Assembly (NCBI GenBank): GCA_022824615.1
Contig: JAJDZM010000274.1
Span: 1-62,215 of the forward strand
Length of the DNA stretch: 62,215 nucleotides
DNA from: Candidatus Binatia bacterium
GTDB lineage: Bacteria > Desulfobacterota > Binatia > Bin18
Direction of reading: 5' to 3'
The notes under the pieces are model-generated. The model was not told the DNA's origin, did no database searches, and worked only from the letters and a program-made list of their open reading frames with translations. Position 1 is the first letter of the stretch; every line of letters starts with the position of its first letter. Position numbers and translations under genes: made by a program. Shown piece by piece: positions 1 to 9,644 of the stretch.

Positions 1-73
1 AATTGACCGAGCCGACTAGAGTGAGGCCGACTAGGCAATCCCACGCAGGCAGTATGTAAGAAAGGAAAGGTAC

Positions 74-1558
74 ATGACTGAACCCACCTCTAATCTGAAC
101 ACCCATGGCCCACGCATTGTCATTATCGGCGCAGGTATGGCCGGCATCCTGTCTGCCATTAAGTTTCGCGAGGCCGGCTATGGCAACTTCATCATCTATG
201 AGAAGTCGAACGCCTTAGGCGGCACCTGGCGGGCGAACACCTATCCGGGGCTGGCCTGCGACGTGCCGGCGCATTCGTATACCTATTCTTTTGAGCCTAA
301 CCCGGACTGGAGTCAGGTGTTTGCCCCGGGTCCTGAGATTCGGACCTATTTCGAGAATGTCGCGCAGAAGTACGCCGTGGCAGACCGCGTCCGCTTTGAG
401 GAAGAGATTACGGCCTGCGAATTTATTGACGGCCGCTGGCAGATTCGGACCAGTCAGGGACGTGAAGACCAGGCGGATATCATCATTGCCGCCACCGGCG
501 TCCTGCACCATCCCAATCGGGCGGATATTCCTGGCCTCGACACCTTCGAGGGCGCGCACTTCCACAGCGCCGAGTGGGACCACAGCGTCCCGCTTGACGG
601 CGTGCGTGTCGGCGTGGTCGGCACCGGCTCGACTGCCATCCAGATTACCACCGCCCTGGTTGAGCGCGTGGCCCGCTACACATTATTCCAGCGGACCGCG
701 CAGTGGGTCTTCAAAATGGAGAACGACGCCTATGCGGCTGCCGAGCGCGCTGCGTTTGCCAACGACCTCCAGAAAATCTACGCGTTACGCGAAGAACAGA
801 AGGAGTTTTTTGAAAATTTCAGTAAGGCGGTCATTGATTCTGATTCCCCCGAGATGAAGGAGATTGAGGCCGTCTGCCTGGCCAACCTTGAAGACACGGT
901 GAAAGACCCGGAATTGCGTGAGAAACTCCGGCCAAATTATCGGGCGGCTTGTAAGCGTCTCATTCTGTCGCCCAATTTCTATGAGTGCATTCAGCACCCG
1001 AACACGGAACTCGTGGTCTCAGGCATTGAAACCGTCGAACCCCAGGGCGTCCGGACCAAGGACGGCAAACTGCACGAACTGGATGTCCTCGTGCTGGCGA
1101 CCGGCTTCCGGGCCGACCGTTTTATCCGACCGACCCTGGTGCGTGGCCGGGGTGGCGTTGATCTCGACGACGTATGGGCGGATCATCCGGTTGCCTATCT
1201 CTCAATTTCCGTTCCGGAGTTCCCGAACTTTTTTATGCTGAACGGTCCCAACGGTCCGGTCGGCAACTTTTCCTTGATCCGCATTGCCGAACTGCAACTG
1301 GGCTATATCCTGCAACTCATGGAAAGAATACGCAGGGGGGAGTGCCGGGAAATCAGCGCCAGCCGCCCAGCCACGGACGACTACGAGCAAGCCCGTGCGC
1401 AGGCCGCCAAGAAATCGATCTGGGCGACGGGCTGTAATAGCTGGTACCTGGACAAGCACGGTGTGCCGGCAAGCTGGCCCTGGTCCCAGACCCATTTTGA
1501 CGCCGAGATGGCCGCGCCCAAACTCGAAGCCTACGATGTTGTCGGGGGACGGGGGTGA
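74..1558 (+). CDS. Flavin-containing monooxygenase, Baeyer-Villiger (type I BVMO) family
   Basis: Two Rossmann motifs (IIGAGMAG, VVGTGSTA), BVMO fingerprint FxGxxxHxxxWD (FEGAHFHSAEWD), GGTWxxNxYPG motif. Confidence 0.92.
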   Translation: MTEPTSNLNTHGPRIVIIGAGMAGILSAIKFREAGYGNFIIYEKSNALGGTWRANTYPGLACDVPAHSYTYSFEPNPDWSQVFAPGPEIRTYFENVAQKYAVADRVRFEEEITACEFIDGRWQIRTSQGREDQADIIIAATGVLHHPNRADIPGLDTFEGAHFHSAEWDHSVPLDGVRVGVVGTGSTAIQITTALVERVARYTLFQRTAQWVFKMENDAYAAAERAAFANDLQKIYALREEQKEFFENFSKAVIDSDSPEMKEIEAVCLANLEDTVKDPELREKLRPNYRAACKRLILSPNFYECIQHPNTELVVSGIETVEPQGVRTKDGKLHELDVLVLATGFRADRFIRPTLVRGRGGVDLDDVWADHPVAYLSISVPEFPNFFMLNGPNGPVGNFSLIRIAELQLGYILQLMERIRRGECREISASRPATDDYEQARAQAAKKSIWATGCNSWYLDKHGVPASWPWSQTHFDAEMAAPKLEAYDVVGGRG

Positions 1559-1853
1559 GAGCGCTGTTCAAGAAGAACCCCATGGGATAAATGTACCGCG
1601 GCGTGTGGGCCGCGGTCATCTATCAGCCCTTTGCTGATATGAAAGGCAGAACCCTGCTCGCTTGGCTTCCCCTCCGCTACTTCTTGTCTTCCCATCTTAA
1701 AATTCTTTACGTCGCTCCAGTTTTACATCGCTGATTCTAAGACGGTTCTTGAGCAGCCTCCCTCTCCCTTTTCCGCTGCTTTGCAAGCCAGCGTAGCCGA
1801 GTCGTGAAAACGAGCGTTCGTGAGTCCCCCTCCCGTCGCCCGGAACAGTTCGT

Positions 1854-1999
1854 CTAGGGCAAATTACGATACTGTGTAGCCGTCCGTCATTCCCGCGCAA
1901 GCGGGAATCTAGCCGCCCCGCCGCCTGCTGGATGCCGGATCAAGTCCGGCATGATGAAGACGGAGTGATATGGCTACAACTTATCGTAAAACGCTCTAG
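1854..1999. mobile_element. MITE-like element with CTAG ends and imperfect 28-bp terminal inverted repeats, enclosing a REP-like doublet
   Basis: Left CTAGGGCAAATTACGATACTGTGTAGCC vs reverse complement of right end CTAGAGCGTTTTACGATAAGTTGTAGCC (21/28); same ends recur at 23858 and 39723-39996. Confidence 0.7.
1885..1954. repeat. REP-like palindrome pair (GTCATTCCCGCGCAAGCGGGAATC / GATGCCGGATCAAGTCCGGCATGA)
   Basis: Two short GC-rich hairpins of the widespread GTCATTCCCGCG..GCGGGAATC / GCCGGATCAAGTCCGGCATGA intergenic repeat type. Confidence 0.75.
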
Positions 2000-2115
2000 C
2001 AGGGTCACCGCCGAGCCAGATGAGCTAACCGGCGTGTGGAAAACGGTCATTGCAATCGACGATTGTATGCGCTATGAATGGGAACAGCAGCAAATATGAA
2101 GTCTAGGAGGAAATC

Positions 2116-2565
2116 ATGAAGAACATTTCCCTTCGTCTACAAGAACTTACTGAAGAACTTGCTAGTGTTCAAGAAAAGATACAGACCGTTATCCGTATTC
2201 TCCAAGCTGAACAAAATGAAAGAAGCTCTACTAAGGATGAGAAACCCCTGACTGCTGTTGAAGAAGGAGAACGCTATGCTGACCTTGAAGAAGAGGGGTA
2301 TTCCGTGTCCGAGATCGCCACAATGATCAGAAAAAGTGGTCAGTTCGTACGAGATCGTATTTCTCTCTGGAATTCCGCTCCAGAAGTCAAGGAGGCGAGC
2401 AAAGGCCGGGATGAGGGGGGTATTGGTTTGTCCGCCGCAATCGGTATTGCCCGTCTTGTCAAAGACCATGAGCGCCAGCGGGAATGGGTCAGGCAAGCCA
2501 AAAAGAGCCCAAAAGCGCGTCGTGCGGTCCTGGTAGATTTGCACCTAGTATTTCCGAAGAAGTAA
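2116..2565 (+). CDS. ParB/Spo0J-like HTH protein lacking the N-terminal ParBc domain; N-terminal coiled coil
   Basis: LTAVEEGERYADL..GYSVSEIATMIRKSGQFVRDRISL resembles the KorB/Spo0J helix-turn-helix region; strong SD (AGGAGG). Confidence 0.65.
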   Translation: MKNISLRLQELTEELASVQEKIQTVIRILQAEQNERSSTKDEKPLTAVEEGERYADLEEEGYSVSEIATMIRKSGQFVRDRISLWNSAPEVKEASKGRDEGGIGLSAAIGIARLVKDHERQREWVRQAKKSPKARRAVLVDLHLVFPKK

Positions 2566-2674
2566 AGGGAGGCGGTGAGGTATGGAAACGAGTTTGAACT
2601 GAACCAGGTGCTACCAGTTCTGCGGGAAGGCTATCGCCGTTAAGCGTCTAACCTCCATCATAAAGGAGAATCCC

Positions 2675-4930
2675 ATGTTCGATATCGTCACATTCGAGGC
2701 AAAACTGAAAGAATTCGATGCGCTACGAGACAAGGACGAGATACAAACCGAAACCGTTGAACGTATTCAGCCACAACTCACTGACGAGTGGCCGATACAA
2801 CTGGACTTGGCCATCCGGGATGCGCTGATTGAAACTGGAATCCCCCGCCCCTATCAGCATCAGGCTGATGCCATCAGCAGGGTGCTGGACGGCGTGGATG
2901 TGGTTATGGAATCGCCCACCGCTAGCGGTAAAACGCTGGCCTTCACCGCGCCGATGCTCCACTCGCTCGTGCGCAACAGGGGTTCCCATGCCTTAATGAT
3001 TTACCCAATGAAGGCGCTGGCCTTTGACCAGAGGGCACAAATCAAACAGCTTTGCCAACCACTCTCAGTCGAATCGTGGCCGTACGATGGGGACACGCCG
3101 GAGGATATCAAAAAAGTCCTACGAACCAAACCGCCACAGATTCTGCTAACCAATCCCGAGTATCTGAATATGTCATTTCTGGGCTGGCGAGAGCAGTGGG
3201 AAAGCTTTCTACGTGGCCTGCGCTATGTAGTCATTGACGAGATGCACGAGTACCGCGGCTTTTTCGGCGGCAATATGGCGCTCTTGCTTCGACGATTTTT
3301 TCTGTATCTGAATCGTATCGGAGTATCTCCCCGCGTATTCTTATCAACGGCCACCTGCGCCAATCCAGCCGAGCACGCAAAAAATCTCACCGGGCGCGAT
3401 GTAGAGGTGGTATCCGCCAGAAATGTCCTCCACCCACAACGCCATTTTCTGTTCGTCAAGCCCGATATTCCTGATTACCAATATCGGGACATTCTCCGAC
3501 TGCGCGTCGAGCAGGCGGCACTGACTATTCTTACTGAGGGCTTGCAGACGCTGGCGTTCTGTCCGACCAAACGCTTCCTGGAAGAGGCATTCCGCAATTG
3601 CCAGCGCAAGGCGGCAGACCTCGGGCTAGACCCGGAGCAAATATCCGCGTTTCACGCCGACTTGAAAAACGATGACCGGCAGGACATCCAGCAGAAAATC
3701 AAGTCGGGCGATATTCGCGTGGTGTTTGCTACCAATGCCTTGGAGTTGGGATTGGACATCGGCGGGCTAGATGGTGTTATCCTGGCAGGATTTCCGCCCA
3801 GCATCATGTCTGCCTGGCAGCAGATTGGGAGGGCTGGACGCGGCTGGAACAAGGACGCCTTCGTGCTGTTCTATGCGATGAACGACCCGATTGACCAATT
3901 CTTCGTAGGCAACCTAGACGCCTTCCTGAATAAGCCATTTGATGAGCTGGTGGTGGACCCGGCCAACGAGGCATTGATTGAGAACCACCTTGCGCCGCTA
4001 TTTGCGGAAACGGGTGGAAAAGTGCATCCTGTCGATGAATCGGTCCTCGGCAGCGCATTTTATGAAGCAGCGAAAAAGGCCGGCGGAACGGTACCCAAAA
4101 ACTACCGACCTCATCAGCGTCTAAACATGCGAGGCGGCATCGGTCCATCCTTCCAACTGAAACGCGGCAGCGAAGAAGTCGGCCAAATCTCGGCAATTCG
4201 TCGCTTTCGTGAAGCCTACATCGGCGCTATCTTCACCTTCTTTGGTCAGAAGTACCGTGTTCATTCCCATGAGGAAAACGCAGTTGTCCTAGCCGAAGCC
4301 GAGCAGCACTTGAGGACTGATGCCGGGTTTTACACCGTACTGTCTCCAACGGACATTTTCGACGGATTCGCCCACGGAGATGTTCAAATCTATTATGGCT
4401 CGCTGAATATCATAACGAACTTCACTGGCTATAAGCTGGTGGATGAAAATACAGGTGATGTCGTAAACGAGGGCGGAACCGAAGATTCGCTTTTCATGAA
4501 TGATTTGTATGCCTTTTGGATCAATGTCCCACCGGGACCAAGTACCGATGCCGGAATTGGCGCGTTGGAGCATCTGTTTCGGGTTGGTGCAATGTTCGTG
4601 ATTCCGGCAGACCGCTTTGACACCAGCACCTACTCGAAAACCGGTGAAGAACCGGCTGCTTTCTACTATGAAAACTACCGGGGCGGTATCGGAGTCGCTA
4701 AGAAATTGTTCGAGGTGTGGCAGACAGCCCTGGAGAAAGGTATTGAGATTGCCGACAATTGCGAATGCCGATTGGGATGTCCGAACTGTATCGAGCCGGC
4801 TAAGTCCTACAACATCAGCAATGCCGACATTGACAAAGTGCGCGGTATCGAGTTGGCGCGGGAGCTAATAGCAGCGGCGCAAAACGGTCCCGACCGCAAA
4901 TTCCACAATGGGTTGATGGTTCCGGTGTAA
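2675..4930 (+). CDS. SF2 DEAD/DEAH-box helicase with C-terminal DUF1998/MZB Zn domain (YprA/MrfA/Hrq1-like)
   Basis: Q motif PYQHQ, Walker A PTASGKT, DEMH, STAT, QQIGRAGR, C-terminal CECRLGCPNC. Confidence 0.9.
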   Translation: MFDIVTFEAKLKEFDALRDKDEIQTETVERIQPQLTDEWPIQLDLAIRDALIETGIPRPYQHQADAISRVLDGVDVVMESPTASGKTLAFTAPMLHSLVRNRGSHALMIYPMKALAFDQRAQIKQLCQPLSVESWPYDGDTPEDIKKVLRTKPPQILLTNPEYLNMSFLGWREQWESFLRGLRYVVIDEMHEYRGFFGGNMALLLRRFFLYLNRIGVSPRVFLSTATCANPAEHAKNLTGRDVEVVSARNVLHPQRHFLFVKPDIPDYQYRDILRLRVEQAALTILTEGLQTLAFCPTKRFLEEAFRNCQRKAADLGLDPEQISAFHADLKNDDRQDIQQKIKSGDIRVVFATNALELGLDIGGLDGVILAGFPPSIMSAWQQIGRAGRGWNKDAFVLFYAMNDPIDQFFVGNLDAFLNKPFDELVVDPANEALIENHLAPLFAETGGKVHPVDESVLGSAFYEAAKKAGGTVPKNYRPHQRLNMRGGIGPSFQLKRGSEEVGQISAIRRFREAYIGAIFTFFGQKYRVHSHEENAVVLAEAEQHLRTDAGFYTVLSPTDIFDGFAHGDVQIYYGSLNIITNFTGYKLVDENTGDVVNEGGTEDSLFMNDLYAFWINVPPGPSTDAGIGALEHLFRVGAMFVIPADRFDTSTYSKTGEEPAAFYYENYRGGIGVAKKLFEVWQTALEKGIEIADNCECRLGCPNCIEPAKSYNISNADIDKVRGIELARELIAAAQNGPDRKFHNGLMVPV

Positions 4931-5015
4931 AATCTGGTAGTTGACAGTCGGTCCGAACCGGGACACAACGTCTTATAGGGGGACATTAAGGACTCGCGTG
5001 TCAGGAGGGAAGGTT

Positions 5016-5243
5016 ATGAGCCCGGAATTGATTGGTATTTTAGCCGTAGGTGTGGCTCTGGCCGGCGTAACCGTGGCAAGCTGGCGGGACATTCGGGCCG
5101 ATATGCACAAACTGGACGAGCGTTTGAGTTCTCTGGAGCGTGCTGTCGCCACATTAGGCGAGCGTGTGGCGCGGATTGAGGGCGTATTGTTTCACGGCTC
5201 ATCATTCTGGACCGGTCACCGAGACCGTCCGGCAGAGGACTGA
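5016..5243 (+). CDS. Small protein: N-terminal hydrophobic helix plus coiled coil (XhlA-like architecture)
   Basis: ATG 5016 after GGAGG; MSPELIGILAVGVALAG then heptad-like LDERLSSLERAVATLGERVARIEG. Confidence 0.6.
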   Translation: MSPELIGILAVGVALAGVTVASWRDIRADMHKLDERLSSLERAVATLGERVARIEGVLFHGSSFWTGHRDRPAED

Positions 5244-5317
5244 GCTTAAGCACCTCATACTCGCCGGCAGACGCAACGTGTGACCGGGAACGTCACGATT
5301 CGGGAGGAGTGGCAGGC

Positions 5318-6733
5318 ATGAGCATCCAGACTGTTGGCTCAGTTGCATCCGGCACAGGTCTGAACGACCGGCAACCGGTCGGAGACCTTGATCGGGACGT
5401 GCGCGACTACATTATGGACCAGCCCGAGCAGGGCGTGTTTACGGTGGACCGGGACGTATTCCGGGATCCGCGCGTCTTTGACCTGGAGATGCAGCATATC
5501 TTCGAGGGCAGTTGGATTTACCTGGCTCACGAGAGCCAGCTTGCCCGGCCCCACGATTTCTTTACGACCAGCATGGGCCGCCAGCCGGTCCTCCTCATGC
5601 GCGACAAGGCCGGCCAGATCGGCGCGTTCATCAACGCCTGTCCGCACAGGGGAGCTACCGTATGCCAGCTCAAGCGCGGCAACCAGCGGGTGTTGACCTG
5701 TCCGTATCATGGCTGGTCGTTCAATACCGCTGGCGGGCTGATCAGCGTCAAGGACCATGCCAACGGTGCCTATCCGGCCGCGTTCGAGGAGCAGCCGCAC
5801 GGCCTCACGCCCATCGCCAGGCTGGCCAATTACAAAGGCTTTCTGTTCGGCTCGCTCAATGCCGAGGTGCCCGCTCTCGAAGACCACCTGACTGCGGCCC
5901 TGCCGATCATTGACATGCTGGCCGACCAGGCTCCGGACGGCTGGGAGGTGGTCGCCGGCAGCGCGGATTACACCTATCACGGCAACTGGAAACTCCAGGT
6001 GGAAAACGGCGTGGACGGCTATCATTTCGACGTGGTCCACCGCACCTTTGTGGGTGTCGTTCAGCGCCGGGCGCGCTCGGGCGCGGATGAGGTACAATCC
6101 CTGGACGCCGAGCGCCTGGACGCCCCGACCAGCGCGACCGGCTGTTACGATCTGGGCAACGGCCACACCCTGCTGTGGACCGACTACCCCAACCCGCAGG
6201 TCCGGCCCTCGTACGCCCAGCGGGAGACCCTGTGTGCCCAATATGGGGAAGCGCAGGCGCGCTGGATGGTCGAACGGCTGCGCAACCTGTTACTCTACCC
6301 CAACGTGTTTCTGATGGATCAGATCTCGGCCCAGATTCGGGTCGTCATTCCGCTGGCGGTCGATAAGACCCTGGTCTCGACCTACTGTCTTGCGCCGGTG
6401 GGCGAGGCTCCCGAGACGCGGGCGCACCGGCTGCGCCAGTACGAAGACTTTTTTAACGCCAGCGGGGTTGGTACCCCGGACGACCTGGCCGCGTTCGAGG
6501 CCTGCCAGCGCGGCTTTAACGGTCACCAGGTACGCTGGCAGCAGGGCTATGTGCGCGGCACCGGCCGGGCCGTGTCGGACGCCGATACTGAAGCCCGCTC
6601 GGTAGGCCTGCAACCAGTTGCCAGCAGCGGCAACTTTCAGGACGAGATTATTTTTCAGGGCCAGTACCGGCGCTGGCTGGCCCTCATGAGCCAGGGCCAG
6701 GAAGCCACCCGCGGAAACGGCCATGACGGCTGA
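5318..6733 (+). CDS. Rieske aromatic ring-hydroxylating oxygenase alpha subunit (benzoate/anthranilate dioxygenase-like)
   Basis: Rieske CPHRG...CPYHGW; mononuclear Fe ligands ENGVDGYHFDVVH and DDLAAFE; start ATG 5318 (GTG 5309 possible). Confidence 0.92.
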   Translation: MSIQTVGSVASGTGLNDRQPVGDLDRDVRDYIMDQPEQGVFTVDRDVFRDPRVFDLEMQHIFEGSWIYLAHESQLARPHDFFTTSMGRQPVLLMRDKAGQIGAFINACPHRGATVCQLKRGNQRVLTCPYHGWSFNTAGGLISVKDHANGAYPAAFEEQPHGLTPIARLANYKGFLFGSLNAEVPALEDHLTAALPIIDMLADQAPDGWEVVAGSADYTYHGNWKLQVENGVDGYHFDVVHRTFVGVVQRRARSGADEVQSLDAERLDAPTSATGCYDLGNGHTLLWTDYPNPQVRPSYAQRETLCAQYGEAQARWMVERLRNLLLYPNVFLMDQISAQIRVVIPLAVDKTLVSTYCLAPVGEAPETRAHRLRQYEDFFNASGVGTPDDLAAFEACQRGFNGHQVRWQQGYVRGTGRAVSDADTEARSVGLQPVASSGNFQDEIIFQGQYRRWLALMSQGQEATRGNGHDG

Positions 6734-7220
6734 ACTGCTGGCGCACTGCACCCAGCTCGTGTTTGACGAAGCTGCCTGTCTGGATCAGCGCCGCTGGGCG
6801 GACTGGCTGGCCCTGTATGCCGATGATGCGGAATACTGGGTGCCGGCCTGGACCGATGAGGGCCGGCCCACGAACGATCCGCAGACCGAGCTGTCGCTGA
6901 TCTACTACAACAGCAAGGCCGGCCTGGAAGACCGGGTCTGGCGGATCGAATCGGGCCTGTCACCGGCCTCTCAGCCCCTGGACCGGACCTGCCACCTGAT
7001 TACCAATATCCGTCTCACGAACGAGGATGCTGACCAACCGGTCGTGGCGGCGCACTGGCAGGTGAATGCCTACAAGCCTGGGAAACAGCGGTCGTTTCTC
7101 TATTACGGCTTTTATGAGCACCTGCTCCGGCGGACGCCGGCGGGCTATCGGATCGCCAAAAAGAAGACTACCCTCTTGAACGATGTTATTGAGGGTGTGT
7201 TGGATATCTACCATATATAA
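6723..7220 (+). CDS. Ring-hydroxylating oxygenase beta subunit
   Basis: EAACLDQRRWADWLALY..DAEYWVP..LEDRVWRI; overlaps end of alpha subunit. Confidence 0.9.
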   Translation: MTAELLAHCTQLVFDEAACLDQRRWADWLALYADDAEYWVPAWTDEGRPTNDPQTELSLIYYNSKAGLEDRVWRIESGLSPASQPLDRTCHLITNIRLTNEDADQPVVAAHWQVNAYKPGKQRSFLYYGFYEHLLRRTPAGYRIAKKKTTLLNDVIEGVLDIYHI

Positions 7221-7245
7221 ACAAGTCCACTGACGAGAGAGCGCT

Positions 7246-8442
7246 ATGGAGTCTGTTGATCTGTCGTACGGCCGTTCGTTTGCCAACGGGTTTCCGCACG
7301 AATTTTTTTCTCATCTGCGGCGTGAGGCCCCGGTCTGGTGGCATGCGCCGACCGAGCACACGCCGGGCGGCGAGGGGTTCTGGGTGGTGAGTCGCTACGC
7401 TGACGTGGTGAATGTTTTTAAGGATGCTGAGACATTTTCTTCCGAGCTGGGAGGGACCCAGATTTTCGATGGCAGAGGAGCCGGCTATCAACTGAACCAG
7501 ACGGATGACCCCAAGCATCGCCGCCTGCGCGACTTGGTCAATACCGGTTTCCTGCCGCGCATGATCGGTCGTCTGGAAGCCCAGCTCAGGGAACGGACCC
7601 GCCATATTCTTGACGGCATCTCGCCCAGCAAGCCGTTTGATTTCGTGCCGACCGTGGCACGTGAACTGCCCCTGCAGGCTATCTGCATTATTCTCGGGAT
7701 TCCGCAGGAAGATCGAGAAGAGCTGGGGCATATTGTTGACCTAGCCATCGGTGCCGGGACAGGCGAAGCCCTGGCCCTGGAGCATATCAAACGTCTGGGC
7801 GCGTACGCGGATAGGATCGTGGAGCAGAAACGCCGCGCACCCGCGGACGACATTCTGTCCGTGATTGTTCACGCCCGGTTAGAGGACGGCTCCCCGCAGC
7901 TCGACAATCGTGAGTTGCGCGCCTTCTTTGCCTTGCTCTTTCCGGCCGGGGCCGAGACCACGCGCAGCTCCATTGCCGGCGGTCTGGTGGCGCTGATCGA
8001 AAACCCGTACGAACTGGAACGTCTACGTACCGACCCTGGGCTGATGAAGAGCGCGGTCGAAGAGATCGTGCGCTGGACCTCGCCGTCCGTGTACAAACGT
8101 CGGACGACGACGCGCGATGTCGAGCTGCGCGGGCAGCGCATTCGCCAGAGACAAAAAGTCACCATCTGGGAGATGTCGGCCAACCGGGACGAGGAGGAGT
8201 TCTCAGACCCGTTCCGGTTCGATATCGGGCGCAGCCCCAATTTTCATATTGGCTTTGGTCTCGGTACCCACTTCTGTTTGGGGGCCAATCTTGCGCGGCT
8301 TGAAATCCGGGTGGTGTTCGAGGAACTCCTGGCCCGCTACGCAGACTTCGAGATCGTCGGTGATCTCGAATGGACGAATAACAATCGTCTGGTCGGTCTG
8401 ACCCGCCTGCCACTCAGAGTGACACCCAGGGCAGCTTCCTGA
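7246..8442 (+). CDS. Cytochrome P450
   Basis: I-helix AGAETT, ExxR (EEIVR), heme motif FGLGTHFCLG. Confidence 0.95.
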   Translation: MESVDLSYGRSFANGFPHEFFSHLRREAPVWWHAPTEHTPGGEGFWVVSRYADVVNVFKDAETFSSELGGTQIFDGRGAGYQLNQTDDPKHRRLRDLVNTGFLPRMIGRLEAQLRERTRHILDGISPSKPFDFVPTVARELPLQAICIILGIPQEDREELGHIVDLAIGAGTGEALALEHIKRLGAYADRIVEQKRRAPADDILSVIVHARLEDGSPQLDNRELRAFFALLFPAGAETTRSSIAGGLVALIENPYELERLRTDPGLMKSAVEEIVRWTSPSVYKRRTTTRDVELRGQRIRQRQKVTIWEMSANRDEEEFSDPFRFDIGRSPNFHIGFGLGTHFCLGANLARLEIRVVFEELLARYADFEIVGDLEWTNNNRLVGLTRLPLRVTPRAAS

Positions 8443-8487
8443 TCCGGCCCTATCCAAATCGGACCTGTAATATGGAAGGAGGGAAGA

Positions 8488-9630
8488 ATGAAGAAAGTTC
8501 TGACCGGGGTGCGGTACATTATCCTGACGGCGATTCTGAGTCTGGGTGTCTTCGGAACAACGGTGTTCGCGGACGAAGAAGTCAAGAACTTGATGGAGCG
8601 CTTAATGGCGGCTCCAACGATTGAGGCCGCTGAGGGATTTGGTGTCGAGATGCTGATTCCCCCGGGCGAATTCTATGACCCGCTCTGGCTCCACGCACAA
8701 GGCGATGCCATTTGGCTTAATGACGATGGTGGCGAGGAAGGTGAAAAAGGGAGCAAGATTGTTTCGATCAATCCGGACGGTCACATAGCCGACCTGGTCG
8801 GGTTGGGTCGTCTCCTGCCAGTCACCGGTTATGACGTCGCGCCATCCAGCTTTGGTGAGTTCGCCGGGCATATTTACTCCATTGCGCAGGCAAGAGTAGC
8901 GGCACCGGGCGCAACCGCCAACCATGTGATTCAGCGGGTTGATCCGAACTCACAAGACGAAGCCAGCGTGGTGTGTACTCTCACGGAAACGGGCAACACC
9001 AATGCCGGAGTGAGCGGTTTTGGTGTGGATGCCCGATTCGGTCCGGACGGCAGCGCGTTCGCCGACCGTTTTTTTGCTATTACCGCATTCAATAATTCCA
9101 TCTACCAGGTATCGGCCGATAACACCTGTTCTCCATTCGTCACCTTTGATGGGACGATCAACGGTGCGCCGATGGGTTTAGCCTTTTCCGCAGACGGTCA
9201 GTCCATGTTCGTCACTCTCAAGACGGGTGGTATCCTGGAGCCGCCCTCTGAAGGGAGTGGCATGGTCGTGCGAGTATCGTCGGATGGCGCGGTTGATGAG
9301 AAGCCCGTTGTGGAGGGGCTCTTTCAGCCTATGGGGATTATGCGTGCGCCGGGAGGTTTCGGTACGTATGGCGGCCAGCTCTTTATCACCGATGTGGCCA
9401 ACATCCAAGCGCCTGTACCGATGACGCAAGCGCTCAAAACAGACGGCAGGGTACTCCGCGCTGGCGAGGACGGCAAGTTGCACCTCGTCGCCAGCGGCTT
9501 TATGAATCCGGTTGGCATGTTGGTGGTCAATGGCGCGCTGTGGGTGACGGATATCAACGGTGACTTTATCGCGGGAAAGCGTGAGCTGCCCGACGGATTT
9601 ATTGTCAAACTGACGCCAACAGGCAAGTAA
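8488..9630 (+). CDS. Secreted beta-propeller-like hypothetical protein; paralog of 47587-48711
   Basis: Signal peptide ending VFA; repeated PxGL/IAF blades; conserved C-terminus DINGDFIAGKRELP shared with paralog. Confidence 0.7.
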   Translation: MKKVLTGVRYIILTAILSLGVFGTTVFADEEVKNLMERLMAAPTIEAAEGFGVEMLIPPGEFYDPLWLHAQGDAIWLNDDGGEEGEKGSKIVSINPDGHIADLVGLGRLLPVTGYDVAPSSFGEFAGHIYSIAQARVAAPGATANHVIQRVDPNSQDEASVVCTLTETGNTNAGVSGFGVDARFGPDGSAFADRFFAITAFNNSIYQVSADNTCSPFVTFDGTINGAPMGLAFSADGQSMFVTLKTGGILEPPSEGSGMVVRVSSDGAVDEKPVVEGLFQPMGIMRAPGGFGTYGGQLFITDVANIQAPVPMTQALKTDGRVLRAGEDGKLHLVASGFMNPVGMLVVNGALWVTDINGDFIAGKRELPDGFIVKLTPTGK

Positions 9631-9644
9631 ACAGTCTCCTCTGC

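Noticed and set aside
2116-4930. Complete DISARM/Druantia/Dpd system
   Set aside because: No methylase, PLD nuclease, SNF2 or other partner genes adjacent
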